Positions 10,801 through 19,800 of a stretch of 64,000 bases of DNA are shown here, piece by piece. Source of the DNA: a virus. Taxonomy: Duplodnaviria > Caudoviricetes. Below the pieces are notes generated by a model. It saw only the letters and a list, made by a program, of their open reading frames with translations. It was not told the DNA's origin and did no database searches. Position numbers and translations under genes: made by a program. The stretch lies in the IMG/VR virus record IMGVR_UViG_3300025715_000009, positions 192,001-256,000 of that record. The stretch is one strand, 5' to 3'. Within the stretch, counting starts at the first letter, position 1. Every line of letters starts with the position of its first letter.

Positions 10801-13800
10801 CAAATGGAGAATCAATGATATAATTAAAATAATCGAACCAATAAACAAATCTATTGTTGATATAATCATAAACAAAACCAATAGAATGCCATTGATTAAA
10901 GAAATCATCGGTTGTTTCAAATCTCCAAATTGATGAAGAATCATTATTTATAGAATATTCAAATATACCTCTATTTTTGTCTGAATCAAAATAATAAATA
11001 ACTTTTAATCCAAGAGATTGATTAACAATTCCAGCATCATAAGCAGGCAAAGAAATTATTGTTTTTGTTTCATTATTCTCGTATTCAAAATATGGTTTAA
11101 ATTTAAAGAATATAGTTCCTCTTTCTTTGTTAAGCAAAGATTTACCAATCTTAATTCTACCAATAGTATTATTAGTTGACTCAACAAATGGAGAAGCAAA
11201 TGTTTTTGCTTCTAATTGAACTGAATCAATATAAATACGATCAACTTCTTTTATAACAAATCCAATATTATAATCACCTGCATATTCATTTATAAATGTA
11301 TAAATTACTCTCCACCAATTATCATCAAGTTTTTCAATCTTAGTCCAATTTTTTTCTTCATTAGTAATCTTACATTGTAAATGATTAGATGTAATTCTGT
11401 CATCACTATGAATATAAGCAGATAATGTATATTTTGTATTCTCTTGTAAGAATTTTCTTTGAGTTATATAAAGAGGAACTGTGGACATCTTTTCAACAAC
11501 TAAAGAATTTTCAGAGAATTTATTATATTTTGGATTAAGATTAAAAGAGACAGTGTTATTTAATGGTGTTTCTAAAACAACTGATATATCCCAAATTTCA
11601 GAACCAGGAACTCCAACTTGTTTTAATCCAGATATTACCTGTATTGGATTAATTACACCAACATCTTCTTTAAAATCAACTTCAATAGAGGAGGCAACAA
11701 AATCATCTGTTAAGAACATTAATCTTCCATTTCTTATACCCCAAGTAATTCTTGTATTTATTCCTTCAAATGCAGCATACATCATCTTCTCTAATTCATA
11801 TTGATTAGAAATTGTTACTCTAGCATAACCATCAAATGCTGCTGGAAGAGTAGAATAATTCACACCTATTGCAGTTAACAAATCGTTCGTTTCTGTTGTG
11901 TCTGTAAATTTAACGCCTGAATTTGTGCCTTCAAAATTTGATATTGCTCTAATATCTAATCCAACTTTATTCCAAGATATACCTAAATTTAAATTGTTTA
12001 ATTTAGAAAGGATAATATCCCATCTATCATCTACTGGTGTTCCATATTGTTTTGTTTGAGTAGTTGCATCAAGTGCATCTAATAATTCACAAGTTGGATT
12101 TATTTCAACAGATGCAGTATCTCCTCTTGCTGTTGTTGTGGCTCTTAATTTGCCATTTACAATTGACCATATAAGATCGCCTGATGTAACAACATTTAAT
12201 TTATTTACAAGACTTGCAAATGTTGTATTTGCATTTGATCCTTCTTGGAAAATTAAATATCTAGCTCCAGCAGTTCCAGATCTTGGATTTATATTAACAG
12301 CACCATTTTCTATATTTGTAAATCTAACATATGGTAATTTACCTTGATAATTTACGGCTAATGTTATAACACCATTTAATGTTCCTATTGATGGATCAGA
12401 AATATAGTGTGTATCATCTGTTGTAACTATTTCAACAACTGCACCAGTCCCAGATGCATTAAATTCTGCTGCAGTATTTACCGTAGTTCTTATTGCATCT
12501 GCTATCTCTTCTTTTGTAACAAGCCCATCAATTTCAACTTTAATTCCAGTATAACCAGATGGAGAAGGATTGGTTGTTGGTTTTATACCACTTGTTATTA
12601 CACTACCAGTAAAATTAATATAAGAAAAATCAGGTGGTGAAACAGATTCTTTTACAGCATTTGTAACTGTCAATATATTATTAAGAACAGTTGAATTAAA
12701 ATCAATAACACTATTTATTCTACTATTAGTTAATGATGCTACATCGTTTGCTGACTCATTTGCAGCAATTTCAACCATATGTCCAATACCAGAACCTAAA
12801 TATGTTTTTGCTCTATAATTTTTACCCTTTACTTTAAGACTAAAAATCATATCAGAGCCAAATGTTCCATTTGAAGATTCAAGACTGGTTGCTCCTGCAG
12901 GAATAATAAATCTGGCTGTATATTCACCTTCACTGTTATAATTTCTTATCATCGAATCATTTGTAAATCCAGATACTTGAGCGGTCAATACAGCAATTGT
13001 TTTTTCTATAATAGCAATTCTCTGATCAACACCAGTTATTGAAGAATCAAGATCTACTTTAATTCTATTTTTATCAGAAGGTGGAAGTGTAACAGATTGA
13101 TTATTAACAGTATAATAAACATAATAATCTCCTGTTGGCGTTGATAACTCAAAATATTTACCTTCATAGTCTTCTTTTAATTTAATCGTATCTGTGAATT
13201 CAAGAGTAAATTGTTCTTGAACTGCAGGCTGATTTATTCCAGGATCACGGCCATCATTAGCAACATTATACCAGAAATAGTGCTCATTTCCACCGCCTGA
13301 AATGGTAAAGAATTTTTCATTAAGCATTAAATTTGGATCATTGCTTGTTGTGTCATCAGCAGAACAAGTAATTTCTGTAACTTGTTCAACGCCAGCTTGA
13401 TTAGCATCAAACCATACATAATATAATCTATCATTACCATATTGATCATTGCTCATAATAGTAAAATATTTACTATCATAATCAAGAATATTGTTTGATA
13501 GTGCTGTTATTGTGGTAGTTTCTGCTTGACCATTATGCTTGGTTGCAGTCATTTTGGTGACTGGGAACGCAGTCGCAACTTTTGTTAAAATTGCATCTTG
13601 ATTATCACCACTTGCTATTACTACCTCAACACCAGTTTTTGTGCTTGGAGAAGCAAGATTTGTATCTGGCGCAGCACCTACTTTTGTTGTTGTAATTGTA
13701 AATATTCCAATTGAATCATGATCTTCTGCTAATGAAAGAGTAGCATTTTGAGTATTTGTTATTGTAATAACATTATCAACTCTTTGAATGTTAAAATCTG

Positions 13801-16800
13801 AAATTGGAGATAATAGTGTTACTATTCTATTTGCTATTTCATTTCTTAAAACTTCAGGACCAAGAACACTATATGTTAAATTAAGCGGCAAATAAGATCC
13901 TGTATTCCCAAAATCTGGAGTACTACCAGAAACAGTTGAAACATCAATCCAAATGTTTACTGCTGTTCCATCATTTTTATATATTGTAAATCCTTTGCCT
14001 TCCCACGATGTATATCCTGGTATATCCCAATTTAAATTCACAGTAATAACTGTTGTTTGTTTTTGTCCAGCGGGGTCACGTGATCCACCATCCAGATATG
14101 TTCCATCAGAGAACCAAACATAATATTGTGTTTCGTCTCTTAAAGAAGAAATCTCAAAGAATTTATTTTTTAAATAACCAAGATCACCAACAACGGTTAT
14201 ATCTGTTATTTCTTTTGTTCCTTCAAGTTTAACAGTCTTATCAACAACAGTTGATCCAGGATAAAGAGTATATTGTAAATCATATTCTGTTTCCACACCA
14301 CTTGGATTTAAAGGAGTAGGAGATGAACCAGTGATTGAAGAAGAAAATGTTAGTTCTTGATATCCAGGATCTGCTTCTAATTCAATTGTGTGTCTCTCAG
14401 TTGGTTGGCCGTTTATATCAATATCAAATACAAATTCACCAGCACCAACTCCTGATGAAGCATTAAAATCTGTAATATTAAGACCAAGATCTTGATATCC
14501 TGCAGCGGCAGAATATTGTGGTAAATCTGGGTTCACAACGTTAATAGTTATACCAGTATTATCTGATATCAATCTTGACTCATAGGTTTTTATTCTCCAA
14601 TTAGATTCAAGAACAAGTGGTGTAGTATAATCAATAACTGTAGTTTGGGCAAGAGCATTGTGATTACCAGAGAAATTAGAGTTTTGTAATATGTTCTCTG
14701 TTGGGTTGCCAATAAACCAAGCCTGATATCCATCTTCCCAAGTCATTCTCTTGTTTGTCTCTGGCAAGAATCTATTTTTCTTAGCACCAAGATCTGAATC
14801 ACCTTTTAATGACCAATATTCTTGTAATGTACGTGGATCAAGAGTTCTAGCAAGAGGAATTTGATTTACATAAGACACAGGATCGTTGAATTGAACTTTT
14901 TTTACATTCCAAAGTTCGAATTGTTTACGATCAATGAATCTGTTATCGATTCTAAACTCATCATAATAACCAGTCATCTTATTAGAACCATCAAATGCGG
15001 CACCAATAGTTATATATTTTGTAATATCATTATAATTCCAAGCATTGTTTCCATCATCACCCCTACCAGGGATAAGTTTTCCATTTGTGTATCTTGAAAG
15101 ATCATATTTAACAAATGATTCAATTGATTCTTGATCATTATGATAGAAAATAATAATATTTTGTAATTTATTATATTCATCAAACTGTGGTTTAGAGTTA
15201 ATTATTTTTTCATAGTTGATTGTAAAAGAAAGCCTATGCCATTTTTGATATTCTTCATCAGATGTGATGTCAATTGGAGAAATTATAGAATAAGATTTTT
15301 CTTTATTAGCAACTATAACCCTAAAGTGATATGGGTCTGTTGGTGAATTGGTAGGATCTGGTTCTACTGAATGATTATCAAGAGCATTGTTGTTATAAGC
15401 CAATACAATATAATCTTCATTATCATCAGCAACTCTTGTATCAAATAAAATACCAGAGTTAGCAACTGATCCTGCTGGTTTAAATTCTAATGTAACAGTT
15501 ATTTTTTCAGAATTTATAGCCATTGCATAACGAATTGCTTCATCAATATAAGCAGTGTAATTCTTTAATTTTCTTGGGATGTCTTTTTCTGTTTGCTGTC
15601 TTATTTCTGCATAACAGCCAAGATCTAATCCACCTCTACCTTGCTCAAGAGCAGGAGAGTCTGATGTTGATCCTTTTGCAATTGACTTCAAATGATAATC
15701 ATCCTCACCAATAAACTGTGGAGATCCACCAACACCTTCAGAATAAATACAAGATTCTCTGCCCAATAAATCACCACTTCTATAGTTAAAGTTTGTATAT
15801 TCTCCAACCCCAGTAGAGAAATTTGGGAAATCAATAAAACAAGTGTCAAAATTTACTGATGAGTTTGTATTGAATGGTTTTGCTTGATCACCAAGTACTT
15901 CATTATTATTAAATAAAATTGAGTTAGAATAATTAATTATTAAATCATATTTTGGTGTAGCAAACAAACCATTATTATCTGCAATAGTACAGAAATCAAA
16001 CCCAAAACTTCCAGACCAATTTGGTTCAGGATCAAATTCAACAATATGATCTGTTGAATTGTGAATAAGACAATTTTGGAAAGTATATGATGCTGATTGT
16101 TGAACAATGTTTGTGAATACATCACCAGGCGCAATAGACTCATTATCACTTGTAGCAACAGATAATGGAGTGCCTGTAATACCATCATCTCTTTCACTTG
16201 ATTTCATATATGGGTGAATAAATGGAGATGGATATAAGATATTCTTTACACGAATCAATGAATTATGATTATATCTTGCTTCAGAATTATATATATTTAT
16301 TTTTTGTGGAGAAACACAGTTTAAAGATGTATTTTCAAACGTACAATAATAAATTGATAGTTCATTATAAGGATAAAGAGAAGTATTTTTAAAATAAATG
16401 CCTTGTAAATTAAGTTTAGTGATGTTTTGAATTGATCCAAGCCAATTACAATAAGATTTAGCAACAATGGAAACGGTAAATGGTTTATCAATTTCTATAT
16501 TTTCTGTGATGTTTGCTGGTTGAGTAATAATAATATTAGTAACATAATCATCAGTATCATTATAATACAATGCATCAAGTGCTTTTTTAACTGTTTTAAA
16601 TGCTGTTGTTTCAGATCTACCATTGTTAGTATCTAAACCAGAAATTGGGTCTACAAACACAGAGAATGATGTTCCTGGATAAGTAAATTTAGTTCTTAAT
16701 CCTAATTGATATCCATCATGCCATGCGCCAATTTCTTCAAGTTGAATAACAGAATAATTTTTAATGATAGGTATAATTTTGCTATTCTGAATAAAATTGA

Positions 16801-19800
16801 GAGGCGTGAGTCCATTTGTAGAATTAAAGTCTTTCTTAAATGGGAAGTAGGCAAGTGTTTCTGGTAATAATGAAATATTAAAATTAAGATTATCACGAGC
16901 ATCAATATAAATTCTTCTATCGTAAATATCATTGATTTGATAATCATTGTCAACAACATTTATTTCATAAAGAACATCATTATTTGTATTGTCTTCTATT
17001 TCATATATTTCAACACCGTTATAATATTGTTTTGATTCTCTTATTCCAGTTCCTACACCTGGATCATATGGTTTATATGGATTATCATAAGCAGATCTAC
17101 CACGAACAATATAAATAAAATTACCAAATCTATCTGGAGTATTACGAATTTTAATTTGATCAATTCTTGGATAATGATAATTATAAGATACCTTTATAGG
17201 ATCTTGTATTTCAAGAGACAACATTGCAAACATTTGATTGATTGCCCAAATTCTTCCTTCAGGGCGGAGTAAGAAATAATCATCTCTTGGATCATAAATA
17301 ATAGTTGTTATAGGTTTAGAATTTCCAAAATCATAAGCATTGAATATTTTTTCATATTTATATTGGAAGTAAAAATATTCATTATCAGATATTGTTTCAT
17401 GGATTGTGATCTTTCTTGTGTTTGTATCAAAAGAATAATCAATTCCTTTTTCCATTTCTTGATATTCAACAAAATCTGCCCAAACGTGCATGTTTGGATC
17501 AATACGAGAGAATCTTGATCCTTCAATAAATGGAGTTGCTGAAGCATTCTTTTCTAATTGTACTTTATCAACTAATAATTGACCTGTAGTAAGAGAATAA
17601 ATTTCTACTCTCAATTTAGTTGTTCTTGAATCTTGTACTTCATGAGATAAAGACAGTCTATGCCATTTATCATAATCTTCTACATCTTCAAAATTGTTGA
17701 ATTCACCAATTTCTTTAATTAAAACAGAAGATCTAAATACAGTATCAGTAAAAGAGTTAGATGATTTATTATATCCAAAATTATTTACATTAGAATTATC
17801 ACACTCTGAAATTCTTATTATTGCTTTTGAATAATTGTATGATTTAAGATCTAATGATAAAGTATATGTATCAGATGCAAAATCAACATCTTTTACTTGA
17901 TAAATTAATCCTATTTCTTCACCAGAAGTCTCTGGTTGTAATACAAATTCTGTTATATCGTTTCTATCATCATAGAGATCTTTTGTTTGTTTAAATCTTG
18001 TTTCTATTTCATTACCATTTAATAAATGTAAATCCCAAGAAGTTGGCACATTATCATTATAAAATTTTTCCCAAATTGTTTCTATTGTAGATCCACTTGG
18101 ATTTATGCAGCGATAATAAGTACTTTCATTAGACACAAACCAAGCATCGTTCAACACCATGCCATTGACTGGTAATTCACTTTTTAAAGATTTTTGTCCT
18201 TTATAAACATAACCAAATTTTTGGATAGCGGATTGGAAATAAGAGAAATCTGGATTAGATAACAAGTTATCTGTGTCAGATCTTATTATTTTATTGTTTG
18301 TATAATCAACAAAATAATCTTCACCTTCTGTAAATCCTACTTCTGCAACGGTGTTTGTCTTTAATCTTACTGAACCTTTGAGAAGATTATAACCTGGATC
18401 TATTGGAAGATCGATCCAAACTTTATTTATAGAAGTATCACCAAATGTTTTTTCTACGTTATCAATATGTTTATATTTTGTCAATACAACATCATCATAA
18501 ATTTTCCATTTTGTATAATATGGAATTTCAACCCAATGATCTCCAAGCCATTGATAATATGCTTTATCTAAAACATGCCAAATATCGCCAACATTAGAGG
18601 AATTGAGTGATTTTGGAAGTAATTCTTCTGTTAATACAGTTCCTTTTATGATTGGAGTGTCTGGATAAAACCCAGAACTATTCTTTAAAACATTAGGATC
18701 ATATTTGGATTGGAATATTTGCTTTCCTCTAATTATATAAAACTTTTTTGTTTGATTTTCAGGGATAAATATTTTGTGAACGTTTCCACGAATGTGTTTA
18801 GTTAAATCTTTTCTTCCTATGGAATAAAATCCATCTGTTTTAATTGAAGAAGATTCTGGAATTTTCCAATCAAAGTCTGGAGATATTGAATCTTGACCTC
18901 TCGGATCTAACCATTCTAATTTTGCTCCAGAATATATTGTTTTAATTGCTTCATATATTTGTTGAATAGTCCAAGGACCTGAATCTTCTTTTGGTGATAT
19001 AATAGTTATTTGTTCACCATCTTTTTTACCATCAACCCAAACTTCAAAACCATATCTTTCATTTGGCTTATAATAACCCAATGTTGTATCACCATTTGGA
19101 TCAATAACTTCATAGCAGTGTTCTATTCTTGTAAATTCTCTTGAAGCGGAGTCTACACCATTTGAATAAACAAATATATTCTCACCTAATAAATCCAAAA
19201 GTTGTTCACTATCATCTGTAGCAGGTTTAAATTCTATAGTATGATCATTTGCATCATCTTTATATTTTGCTTTTATTACTCTATTGTCAACTGTTCCGCC
19301 AAAAAGAATACGATCATTGAATTTTGCAATTGATTCAAACTTATAAATATTTTTTGTAAAATCAAGATCACTTTCTTTTTCACCAATATCAACAAGAGTA
19401 AATCTGTCATACGTAGTATAATTATTTAAGAAAACAAGGGAGTAAATTCTCTTATCATCTGCAACAAACATTCTATTAGAATCATCATGTAAAGCAGCAT
19501 TTACTCTTTTAATTTTACCATATTTACCATTTACATATTTTATTGCTTGTGGTCCTGTTGGGTTTTTTATATCAATAAAAGCAAATGGTGGATCTTGGGT
19601 ATTATTTGGTTGTTTTTCAAAACCAATAAAGAGATATTCATAGTTTTCAACATATTGAGATGCTTGATATAATCCTTGGATGGCAACATTGATTGAGAAG
19701 CCTTCTGGTCCTAATGTTCCTGCTTCAGCATCTACAACTTCTCCTGGCAGATCAGTCTTAACTTGAACTTTTATAGTGTTTTGAATTCTGTAAGCCACAA

